Part shown: in pieces, positions 33,500 to 40,915 of the stretch
Layout of the letters: each line of letters opens with the position of its first letter
Position numbering within the stretch: position 1 is the stretch's first letter
DNA from: a virus
Length of the DNA: 42,216 nt
Direction: 5' to 3' (one strand)
Virus record (IMG/VR): IMGVR_UViG_3300017440_000004
Span: 1-42,216 of that record
Position numbers and translations under genes: made by a program
Notes under the pieces: generated by a model
What the model was told of the DNA's origin: nothing
Databases searched by the model: none
Seen by the model: the letters and a program-made list of their open reading frames with translations, nothing else

Positions 33500-33675
33500 G
33501 CGGATATACAACGAATGTCTGGAACCCTGAATGCAGCAATGCATGCCGCACAGTAACCCGCCGAAGTGTTCTTCTTCCACATTTCGCAGGTATAACATTG
33601 CATTCCGCGGTGATCGGCTTCAGGTGCAGCGCCGCTCCGACTACGTTCATGCTTCTCCTTAACCTCCATCTGCAT
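33496..33675 (-). CDS. Zn-ribbon micro-protein (59 aa); frame assignment uncertain
   Basis: MQMEVKEKHERSRSGAAPEADHRGMQCYTCEMWKKNTSAGYCAACIAAF... GGGAGA lies 6 nt upstream. A competing frame (33402..33650) has a stronger SD. Confidence 0.35.
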   Translation of the reverse strand: MQMEVKEKHERSRSGAAPEADHRGMQCYTCEMWKKNTSAGYCAACIAAFRVPDIRCISA

Positions 33676-33793
33676 CCTCATTCTCCCTAGCAGCCCTCGC
33701 TGCGTCTGGGGGTGGTTGTGCGCCGCTTCCCGATAAACGTCAACAGATATTTTCACGCTTGTTTAGTTTGGTGCGGCTGTGTAGGGATGCGGC
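33676..33793. promoter_or_regulatory. Divergent intergenic control region (leftward micro-gene chain versus rightward Cro-like islet)
   Basis: 118-bp gap between divergent first genes. TTGACG is present on the minus strand (complement of cgtcaa at about 33739-33744). An AT-rich core (cagatattttcacgcttgtttagttt) is present. Confidence 0.4.
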
Positions 33794-34000
33794 ATGGCTA
33801 AAGAAACCCACCCCCACGCCGCTGCCCTGGACCGGATCGGTCGCAGGCGCGTGATCGCCCACTTCAATGTGACGGAGGGCGCATACAGCAACTGGAAAAA
33901 GCGCGGCGTGCCTCGCTACTACGTTGCGTCGGTTCGCACGCTGGCGGCGGTCAACGGGGTGCAGGTGCCAGAGATGTATATTGGAGGAGAAGAAGCGTGA
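33794..34000 (+). CDS. Cro/YdaS-like HTH DNA-binding protein (68 aa)
   Basis: RVIAHFNVTEGAYSNWKKRGVPRYY resembles the Cro/YdaS-type HTH pattern (...SQWK.RG.IP). It is the first gene after the divergent region. Confidence 0.6.
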   Translation: MAKETHPHAAALDRIGRRRVIAHFNVTEGAYSNWKKRGVPRYYVASVRTLAAVNGVQVPEMYIGGEEA

Positions 34001-34389
34001 ACCGTAAAGACACAGAAGAATTCCAGCGTCAGCTAATGGCAATGCGGAATCAGGACGAAGGCCACATCATCATCGGCTTTGGCGCACACGCACCCAACGC
34101 CGACACTCGCAAGGGTTCGGTGTCCGTAGCTGTGATGAAGGGCGAGTTCTCCGCGACCTGTGAGGCTGTTTATCTACCTGACGCCTTCGCGTTGGCGCGT
34201 GCCGACATCAGGGCTCAGGAAGCCGCCAAGGTTGAAGCTGTGGCCGTAGAGAAGGATGCGGAGGCGATCTATAATAGTTGGTCGGATCAACCCGGCTTTG
34301 TCGCATGGTTGAAGGGCGGCAATAGCGACATGCAGGAAGAAGCCCGAAAGCAAGCCCGCAAGGCCCGTTCCAAGGCTGTGCAAGCATGA
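33997..34389 (+). CDS. Hypothetical protein (130 aa)
   Basis: Track ORF. GTG start 7 nt after GGAGGAGA. GTGA overlap. Confidence 0.6.
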   Translation: MNRKDTEEFQRQLMAMRNQDEGHIIIGFGAHAPNADTRKGSVSVAVMKGEFSATCEAVYLPDAFALARADIRAQEAAKVEAVAVEKDAEAIYNSWSDQPGFVAWLKGGNSDMQEEARKQARKARSKAVQA

Positions 34390-34709
34390 CCCGCGCCACA
34401 CCCCTACAGATCGAAGCTGCATGCCGTACACGGTCGGCGGATGCGGCGACGGCATACTTGCTGAAGCAGGGCTTGCAGGTGCGCCGGAGCCAATGCAGCA
34501 CGATGATTTCGCGGTTGATCGCCAGGAAAGAGCGGAAAGCTATGGCTAATCCGCTGCGGACCTTTGCCGGCATGGGTATGGTGGATGTCACCCGCTATGA
34601 TGCAGAAAGAGGAAGCCGCAAGCTGTTGGCAGCCCATTTGCTATCCGGTCAGCATTACATCCACGATCAGCGGCAGATGGACGATGCTCGCAAGGCGGCT
34701 CGGTTATGA
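34386..34709 (+). CDS. Hypothetical protein (107 aa)
   Basis: Track ORF. ATGA overlap. Confidence 0.6.
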   Translation: MTRATPLQIEAACRTRSADAATAYLLKQGLQVRRSQCSTMISRLIARKERKAMANPLRTFAGMGMVDVTRYDAERGSRKLLAAHLLSGQHYIHDQRQMDDARKAARL

Positions 34710-34924
34710 GCGAACAGGTCAACCACCCCGCTCATTATAACGCTGGTTCGATAGAATGCATTGACGCCATTAAGGCGGCTTTGGGTCCAGACGGGTTCAA
34801 GGCATGGCTGCGCGGCACGATCATCAAATATCAATGGCGTATGGGCCTGAAGGGTATCGCTATTGAGGATGCGGCTAAGGCGCGTTGGTATGCTGATCGG
34901 CTTGTAAAGGAATTGGAAGGATGA
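34706..34924 (+). CDS. DUF3310-family protein (72 aa)
   Basis: NHPAHYNAGSIECIDAIKAAL...IIKYQWRMGLKG...DAAKARWYADRL matches the DUF3310 signature as I recall it. Confidence 0.7.
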   Translation: MSEQVNHPAHYNAGSIECIDAIKAALGPDGFKAWLRGTIIKYQWRMGLKGIAIEDAAKARWYADRLVKELEG

Positions 34925-35082
34925 AAGACGGTCCAATCTTTGTGTTCGGCCCCTTCGTGGGGCCGGCTCGCGCCGCTACTGGCAGCTTCCCTTTCGATCA
35001 TCGCACCGTTGAGGAATGCGATATCGAGTACGAAGATTTGCGGGAGGCGTGCGAGGAAAACATGCGCGGACGTAAGTGGTGA
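34921..35082 (+). CDS. Hypothetical micro-protein (53 aa)
   Basis: Hand-translated; below the track cut-off: MKDGPIFVFGPFVGPARAATGSFPFDHRTVEECDIEYEDLREACEENMRGRKW. ATGA overlap upstream. Confidence 0.5.
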   Translation: MKDGPIFVFGPFVGPARAATGSFPFDHRTVEECDIEYEDLREACEENMRGRKW

Positions 35083-35134
35083 CCGACGCCGAACTGATTG
35101 AGCGGGCGGGGCGGGTGAAGGATAGGAGGGTGGG

Positions 35135-35848
35135 ATGAAATACATGGGATCAAAAGCACGTCATGCGAAGGAATTGCTGCCAATTATCCTGGCCCATCGC
35201 AAGCCGGGGCAGTGGTATGTGGAGCCGTTTGTTGGCGGTGCCAACACTTTGGACAAGGTAAGCAATCCTCGTATGGGTGCGGATGCAAATCCATATCTTA
35301 TGGCAATGTGGTCGGCTGTCGCAGAAGGCAGAAAGCCGCCGCGCTTGGTCACAGAGGAAGAATACGCAATATTAGCTAAGGAGCGCCCTATTAACGCTAA
35401 ATGCGGATATGTAGGGTTTGCCATGTCTTTTGGTGGAAAGTTCTTCGGCGGCTATCGTCGCGATGTCGCTGGCACTAAGGGTTGTCCAGAAAATATGGAA
35501 ACGCAATCCCGCCGATCCTATGAGTCAATGATTAAGCAGGCTAAAGCGCTTGAAGGCGCTTTATTCGTGCATTCAAATTATGATGAACTGACAATACCGC
35601 CAAACTCAATCATTTACTGCGACCCCCCTTATGCCGGCACAACCAAATATGCCACCGATACATTCGATCATGCGGCGTTCTGGAATTGGTGTGCGCAAAA
35701 AGCGGCAGAAGGACACATTGTGTTCGTCAGCGAATACGCAGCCCCTGATGGCTGGGAATGCGTCTGGGAAAAGCATGTTAACAACACCCTGACCAAGGAC
35801 ACCGGGTCAAAGCAGGGAACGGAACGGCTTTTTACAATGAAGCCCTAA
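35135..35848 (+). CDS. dam: Orphan N6-adenine DNA methyltransferase (D12/Dam class)
   Basis: N-terminus MKYMGSKARHAKELLPII. Motif I is EPFVGGANT. Motif IV is IIYCDPPYAGT. Low GC (35521-35580 is 40%). No restriction-endonuclease partner is present. Confidence 0.88.
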   Translation: MKYMGSKARHAKELLPIILAHRKPGQWYVEPFVGGANTLDKVSNPRMGADANPYLMAMWSAVAEGRKPPRLVTEEEYAILAKERPINAKCGYVGFAMSFGGKFFGGYRRDVAGTKGCPENMETQSRRSYESMIKQAKALEGALFVHSNYDELTIPPNSIIYCDPPYAGTTKYATDTFDHAAFWNWCAQKAAEGHIVFVSEYAAPDGWECVWEKHVNNTLTKDTGSKQGTERLFTMKP

Positions 35849-36077
35849 GCGGCCACAACCTAACCACCTCCCTCTCCACATACCCCCTGACGCGCGGTGG
35901 AACCTTTAGCAGTTCTGCCGCGCGTTCTTGCTTAGTGTCCATCAGGACAATTTCCTTGGCACCTTCGAAGATGGGGAGGCGTGCCCAAGATTGGACGGAT
36001 AGAGGGGCATCATCCATATGGATGTGCCCCCCCAACACCTGCTTAAGCCACCAGTGCGCAGGGCGAACGATGCCCAT
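35832..36077 (-). CDS. Hypothetical protein (81 aa)
   Basis: ATG (MGIVRPAHWWLKQ...) inside track ORF 35832..36104. Its 3' end overlaps the dam 3' end by 17 nt (convergent). Confidence 0.5.
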   Translation of the reverse strand: MGIVRPAHWWLKQVLGGHIHMDDAPLSVQSWARLPIFEGAKEIVLMDTKQERAAELLKVPPRVRGYVEREVVRLWPLRASL

Positions 36078-36093
36078 ATCGCACTTACCGTCT

Positions 36094-36303
36094 TCAGCCG
36101 ACAAGCTGGCGCACCTTCTCTACGCCCTTGGTGGTCAGGTAGACGTGGGGCAATTCGCCTTCCACCAACCCGCGATTGTGCAGGCCGCGAAAAGATCGCC
36201 CATAGCCTTCGATCAGCTTGTGATCGCCCATCAGCGTCGGTTCCGCGAAAGCTGCTTGCAGGGCTTCTACCTGTCTCGCCGTAAGAGGCCGTTCCTTTGC
36301 CAT
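36094..36303 (-). CDS. Hypothetical protein (69 aa)
   Basis: Track ORF. MAKERPLTARQVEALQAAF... Confidence 0.6.
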   Translation of the reverse strand: MAKERPLTARQVEALQAAFAEPTLMGDHKLIEGYGRSFRGLHNRGLVEGELPHVYLTTKGVEKVRQLVG

Positions 36304-36323
36304 ACCTTATTCCTTTCTTGCTC

Positions 36324-36719
36324 TCAGTGTTGAACTTGTTGCGATAACCAGATTTCAAAAGCCTCCCAAGCCCCCACAGCCCCCAACGCCACGCAGGCGA
36401 ATGCGCCGGCTTCGGCGCAAGCCTGTAGGTACGCCGCCTGCTCCTTGGAAACCTTGGCTGTCTTTGCGCGAGATTTCATCTCCATCACGAAAGTGGGAGC
36501 GCCGGGTATCACTACGTCTGATGCGCCCTTAACAAACCCGCCCTCGCCAACCATAGATTGATGCTGCATGGCGGTGCGCTTGCCTTCGTTACGGATGTGC
36601 AACGCAATTGCGCCGTATTCGGGATGCTCTCGGCGCAAACGGTTGAAAAAAGAAGACATCTCCACCTTCTCGGATGGGCAGAGCTCCTTTGTGGGTGTTC
36701 CATAGACAGGAATTGTCAT
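36324..36719 (-). CDS. VRR-NUC domain nuclease
   Basis: PD-(D/E)xK pattern GASDVVIPG...FVMEMKS...SKEQAAYL. ATGA overlap with the helicase stop. Confidence 0.75.
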   Translation of the reverse strand: MTIPVYGTPTKELCPSEKVEMSSFFNRLRREHPEYGAIALHIRNEGKRTAMQHQSMVGEGGFVKGASDVVIPGAPTFVMEMKSRAKTAKVSKEQAAYLQACAEAGAFACVALGAVGAWEAFEIWLSQQVQH

Positions 36720-38515
36720 GCCGCTTGCGGCTCCTCATCCGCTTCAAGATCATACCCCAAGACGCGGAAAAAATCCCCGTCTTTTCGGTAGCTGATGGTT
36801 TCCGGTGTTCTCGACATTGCCGCTGTGGCGTTCATAAACATGCCGTAATCGTGGGCCCCCTGTGGGTGCTTAGATTGGACCGTGAACCACGTTGAAAATT
36901 GCCGGTATTCCGTTTTCCAATCTGCTCGTATCGTGTCGTTGCCAGCGCGAGACACGCCGGGTTTGTATTCGACAGATACCACGCGATCGGTCTGATTTTG
37001 GCGCACATCCTTTTTGAAAGATTTGAATTCCAACACCAGGGCATCATGAGGATCGACTAGTTCGGCGCGGCACTCCTTCACATAGCAGTATCGCGCAGCC
37101 GGGTCGTTTGCCTCTCCGCATGTCGGGCATTCCTTACCCGTGTAACGATATGAGCAACGATCCCAACTATCGCGGCCAGAGCGCACCATGCCGAAGCATC
37201 TACGGCCATGATGTCCTGCCATAGGCCCATATTCGGTTTCTACGCGCTTGCCGAAAACGTCCAGACAATAGCCATGCTTGTCTTTCTGATAATCCAAACA
37301 ATCAATTTTTGCCGTGAACGTGTTTTGATAGCCGCAATCAGGACATTCGCAACTTACGTTGCCGCCGCCTTCAGCTTTGCGTGTCGCTCGGATTGTCGGA
37401 GAGAACACATCTCCATCCGGGAAATGATCCGTCATGTTGTCAGACGTAAAATCCAGATAAAGGCAATTTTCCTTTCCCTCATAGAGCCGCAAACCGCGAC
37501 CGATGATCTGCTGCAAAAGCCTAGCAGATGCCGTTTTTCGCAAAACGGCTATGACATCAACATGCGGCAAATCCACGCCGACAGTCAGAGTGCCGACCGA
37601 AACCAGGTATTTGATTTTTTGCGCACTGAACCGCCTAAGAATCGATGAACGATCCGAAGTTTCGCCGGTGACAATTGCAGACAGTTCTGGCGGTAACGAC
37701 GCCATCACTTCTTGCGCGTGCTGCACAGTGGCGGCGTAAATCAGAACTCCTCTGCGGTTACGCGACTGCCGGATGATTTCCCCGACAATCGCCGAGGTCA
37801 ATCGACCATGACCGTGATAGGCACGGTCTACGGCAGCGGCGTCGAAATTGCCGGCCTTATTGGGCAGAAGTTCGGAGGTGTCGTAAGCATCTGTCCCGAT
37901 GCCGCCTATAACAGGGGGCGTGAGATAGCCTTGGTCGATCAATTCGCGCGGCGTGACGCGATACACCAGCTTACCGGCATACGGCTCTGATGCCACGTCC
38001 TCGCCATTAATGCGGCCATCCGGCCATTCGCGGAATATGTACCCTGTGCCAAGACGATATGGAGTGGCCGTCAAAAGCACCACGCGAAGATTCGGGTTGG
38101 CATCCCTCATCGCCTCGATAATTGCTTTCACTGTGGGAGTCAGAAGATCGCCTTCGTCAACAATAACCATAGAAAAGTTTTGCTGAAAAACTGATATACG
38201 GCCTTTAATTGTCAGCGGCGTGCCAAATACCACCGGCCAGCGGAGTGACTTTGCCCCTGCGCTGGCTGAAAACATGCTGGCCTTGTTACCGGTCGCAATG
38301 TATTTCGCGTGGTTTTGTTTTACGAGTTCCGCGCTTGGAGCGATGCAAAGAACGCGCTTTCCTGTCATTTCATGAATGATGCGCGCTATCTCTGCGCATA
38401 TAAGCGATTTGCCGGCTCCTGTTGCCAGTTCTAGTAAGCACGGCTCTAGCGTTCGCTTTATATGCGCAATGGTTAGGTCAACAGCCTCTTGCTGGTATGG
38501 GCGCAGTTCAAACAT
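36716..38515 (-). CDS. Superfamily-2 DEAD/DEAH-type DNA helicase with C-terminal Zn-ribbons
   Basis: RPYQQEAV; Walker A ATGAGKS; DEGD (motif II); TATP (motif III). The C-terminus has CECPDCGYQN and CPTCGEAN. The ATG at 38515 is preferred over the track's TTG at 38521. Confidence 0.88.
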   Translation of the reverse strand: MFELRPYQQEAVDLTIAHIKRTLEPCLLELATGAGKSLICAEIARIIHEMTGKRVLCIAPSAELVKQNHAKYIATGNKASMFSASAGAKSLRWPVVFGTPLTIKGRISVFQQNFSMVIVDEGDLLTPTVKAIIEAMRDANPNLRVVLLTATPYRLGTGYIFREWPDGRINGEDVASEPYAGKLVYRVTPRELIDQGYLTPPVIGGIGTDAYDTSELLPNKAGNFDAAAVDRAYHGHGRLTSAIVGEIIRQSRNRRGVLIYAATVQHAQEVMASLPPELSAIVTGETSDRSSILRRFSAQKIKYLVSVGTLTVGVDLPHVDVIAVLRKTASARLLQQIIGRGLRLYEGKENCLYLDFTSDNMTDHFPDGDVFSPTIRATRKAEGGGNVSCECPDCGYQNTFTAKIDCLDYQKDKHGYCLDVFGKRVETEYGPMAGHHGRRCFGMVRSGRDSWDRCSYRYTGKECPTCGEANDPAARYCYVKECRAELVDPHDALVLEFKSFKKDVRQNQTDRVVSVEYKPGVSRAGNDTIRADWKTEYRQFSTWFTVQSKHPQGAHDYGMFMNATAAMSRTPETISYRKDGDFFRVLGYDLEADEEPQAA

Positions 38516-38517
38516 GC

Positions 38518-39063
38518 TCAAGCCGACCTAGCAAATGCGCCATGATATTCTTTCATGCTGCGCTGATATGCAGCCGCGCCTTCTTCAGCGCTGTCAAAAG
38601 AACCAAGATGTTTTTGCTTACCATTTAGGCGTATTCCCGCTCTAAATTTACCGCTTTGTTTATGAAAATGAACACCTTTAAACCCGCTAGTATTGTTAGA
38701 ATACAAGGATTTGTTAGATGCATTCTGAGAATCGGTTGCCAATCTTAAATTGGCAATTTTATTATCAGTCTTGACCATATTAATGTGGTCAACCTCTTCA
38801 GAAGGCCATTCGCCGTAATAAAGAGCCCATGCTATGCGATGCGCTTTCATTTGCGCGCCTAACAGCGTTCCTACTTTATAACCGCTTTTATGAACGTAAG
38901 TGAATGCCTCCTTGTGGGCGAACCGCTTATTCCACGTTGCCCGATGAGCCGAAGATTTTATTTTGAATTCATCTCTGGGAAGCCAGAATAGCTTCCCGCT
39001 GCTTGCGTCATAGCGCAAAATTTGACGCACTGCGTCTAAAGGGAATATACGAAATTTAGCCAT
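38518..39063 (-). CDS. HNH homing endonuclease with a C-terminal AP2-type DNA-binding domain (free-standing), copy 3
   Basis: HRIAWALYYGEWP..EVDHIN....DNKIANLRLATDSQN is the HNH part. SGFKGVHFHKQSGKFRAGIRLNGKQKHLGSFDSAEEGAAAY is the AP2 part. It is very AT-rich (38641-38700 is 32% GC). The ATG at 39063 is 7 nt after GAGGA. Confidence 0.85.
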   Translation of the reverse strand: MAKFRIFPLDAVRQILRYDASSGKLFWLPRDEFKIKSSAHRATWNKRFAHKEAFTYVHKSGYKVGTLLGAQMKAHRIAWALYYGEWPSEEVDHINMVKTDNKIANLRLATDSQNASNKSLYSNNTSGFKGVHFHKQSGKFRAGIRLNGKQKHLGSFDSAEEGAAAYQRSMKEYHGAFARSA

Positions 39064-39086
39064 TGCGGTATCCTCGCAAAAGGTCA

Positions 39087-39121
39087 GGGCTGGGTGTGCG
39101 ATTTCAGCGCAAGCCCAGCCC
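39087..39121. repeat. Strong hairpin upstream of HNH gene 3
   Basis: GGGCTGGG (39087-39094) and CCCAGCCC (39114-39121) form a perfect 8-bp stem, with an inner TGCG/CGCA pairing. It lies between the exonuclease stop and the HNH start. Confidence 0.7.
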
Positions 39122-39151
39122 GTCATCCCACTTTATGCATAGTTTGTAAAG

Positions 39152-40021
39152 CTATCTAATTTGCCAAAAACTCTGCGGCTTGCCTCTGTATGGTTCCAGA
39201 TCAGCGTCTGGGGCGATGGCTTTTATAGCCTTGGCGTAACTGATTGATCCGGCTTTTTGAACTTTCGTAAGCTTTCTTCCTGAGAAAATAGCGTTGCTTT
39301 CACCCGCCAAGGAAGTAATCTCTTTGAGCAAATCTGTTTTGCGCTCCGTGGCCCGATCAATTGCTTCTGACAACTCATCATATTCTCGGATCATGCGTGC
39401 CGCGTCGGGGGTGTCGATCACTTTCCTTTTAGGTTCCAGGTGTTCCTGCGGGTCCGCTAGCGCATCCTGAAACTCCGCCCAGAACTGCTTTAGGCGGGGC
39501 AGATTGGACGCCAGCCATTCGTCGTCGCGGTGAACCAGCGTTCGATGCGCATCGAACGGCGTCCACTGGTAAAACCATAGCGACTTCCACCCGCAGCACA
39601 GCATCTCTATCTGGCATTGCGCGTGATAATGCGGCTGCTCGTTCAGCGACTTGAAGATGGGCGGCACATCGTTGCGGATGTAATAGGGGCACTTCACCTC
39701 AATGCCCTTGCCGTCGCTGACTAGCCCATCGGGTGACGCGCCTAGCCAATCCTCGTAGGGCACGAAGGACATCGCCTCTACGCACTCGCCGTACGTCATC
39801 TCAAACTCAGCAATCGCCCCAGCCTCGTTATACGTGCCCCACTCAGTCGCGGCGTTGCCGGTGAATTCTGAGGGTGCATCCAAAGCGGCGCGAACCATGC
39901 TGCGCATGGCATCGTCGCGGGTCATGTATGGGGACAGGCCCAAGATAGCGCCGACCATGCTGCCGGTGACGCGGCCTTTGCGGGCGGCGAACCATTCGGG
40001 GGAGCGTTGGGGGGCGGTCAT
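39152..40021 (-). CDS. YqaJ/lambda-exonuclease-type recombination exonuclease (PD-(D/E)xK)
   Basis: Motifs SPEWFAARKGRVTGSMVGAILG...EWGTYNEAGA...SPDGLV...GIEVKCPY. The C-terminal 90 aa are encoded by AT-rich DNA. Confidence 0.85.
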   Translation of the reverse strand: MTAPQRSPEWFAARKGRVTGSMVGAILGLSPYMTRDDAMRSMVRAALDAPSEFTGNAATEWGTYNEAGAIAEFEMTYGECVEAMSFVPYEDWLGASPDGLVSDGKGIEVKCPYYIRNDVPPIFKSLNEQPHYHAQCQIEMLCCGWKSLWFYQWTPFDAHRTLVHRDDEWLASNLPRLKQFWAEFQDALADPQEHLEPKRKVIDTPDAARMIREYDELSEAIDRATERKTDLLKEITSLAGESNAIFSGRKLTKVQKAGSISYAKAIKAIAPDADLEPYRGKPQSFWQIR

Positions 40022-40275
40022 GCTTCCTGCTCCAGCATAGCCAGTTCCTTGCGCAACGCTTCTAGACGCTGTGTCTTGACGGCTTCGGGATTTGGATAAC
40101 GCTTCAAGAAAGCTGCCTTGGCATTATCAAATGCCTCTCTTGCCGTATTACCGTTGCCAATTTCGCAAACCCCGTGGCCGTGCACTGCTGCGCTCCAACG
40201 AGGCTTGTTAGATTGACCAATGCTCCATGCGCCAAGCGTCCATTCACCAGAAAGCTGTTCAACTGTAGTTTTCAT
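40018..40275 (-). CDS. Hypothetical protein (85 aa)
   Basis: ATG (MKTTVEQLSGEW...) after GGAGAAG, inside track ORF 40018..40302. ATGA overlap downstream. Confidence 0.55.
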   Translation of the reverse strand: MKTTVEQLSGEWTLGAWSIGQSNKPRWSAAVHGHGVCEIGNGNTAREAFDNAKAAFLKRYPNPEAVKTQRLEALRKELAMLEQEA

Positions 40276-40301
40276 CTCATCTTCTCCACTCTTCATCCGC
40301 A

Positions 40302-40325
40302 CCCCGGCCCTCGAAAGAGCCGGGG
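40302..40325. repeat. Intergenic hairpin between the SSB-like gene and the next gene
   Basis: CCCCGGC (40302-40308) and GCCGGGG (40319-40325) form a 7-bp stem with a 10-nt loop. Confidence 0.5.
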
Positions 40326-40343
40326 ATTGGTCAATAGTGGGGG

Positions 40344-40913
40344 TCAGAAGGGCACCGGCATATCGTCGTCGTCATCGTCTTCGATGATGGGCGCGCGTTT
40401 TGGTGCAGCCTTCTTCGGCCCTTCCGAGATGTCGGCGGACTTCGGTGACACCGATTGTACCCAATTGCCCGACATAGGACCATTGTCGCCTTCCATTTCC
40501 CAGACGCCCAAGCGGATGACCATCTGCTTGTTGATGAGAGCGAGCGCGATCTCGTCGCTGGTAGGACGACCCTGCTTTTTGCCCAGCTTGCCGCCAGCAT
40601 TCTTGTCGATAGCCGCCAGCATCCGCAGCGCCTTGTCCTTCTTTTTTGCCGCATCCTTGGCGCGGGGATCGTCGTCAGACACGAACAGCTTGTGGAAAAT
40701 CTTGCGGTTCTGATAAGCCTCTGGCTTCAGGATTGTCCAACGGATGCCGAGGTGCTCGACGCCGTTGCGATCCTCCTTCCAGCCTGCCTCATCCGGCATA
40801 GCAAGAACGGACGTACCGTCTGGGATCGGCTCGTTATTGCCGCCGCCGGCATCGAACTCGCCACTGTTGTTTTCGGTGACGGACTCGCCGTCGCTGGTGG
40901 ACCAAAACGACAT
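40344..40913 (-). CDS. DUF669-like single-stranded-DNA-binding protein
   Basis: It lies immediately downstream of the Sak4-like ATPase, which is the usual pairing. The acidic C-terminal tail IIEDDDDDDMPVPF is typical of SSB partner-binding tips. Confidence 0.65.
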   Translation of the reverse strand: MSFWSTSDGESVTENNSGEFDAGGGNNEPIPDGTSVLAMPDEAGWKEDRNGVEHLGIRWTILKPEAYQNRKIFHKLFVSDDDPRAKDAAKKKDKALRMLAAIDKNAGGKLGKKQGRPTSDEIALALINKQMVIRLGVWEMEGDNGPMSGNWVQSVSPKSADISEGPKKAAPKRAPIIEDDDDDDMPVPF

Positions 40914-40915
40914 TC

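Noticed and set aside
33794-34000. A Cro-like HTH plus a second HTH at 41876..42055 as evidence for a temperate lifestyle or prophage
   Set aside because: There is no integrase, excisionase, CI/S24-type repressor, attachment site or flanking bacterial genes. The window closes on itself as a complete phage genome, so a virulent or at least non-integrating lifestyle is more likely.
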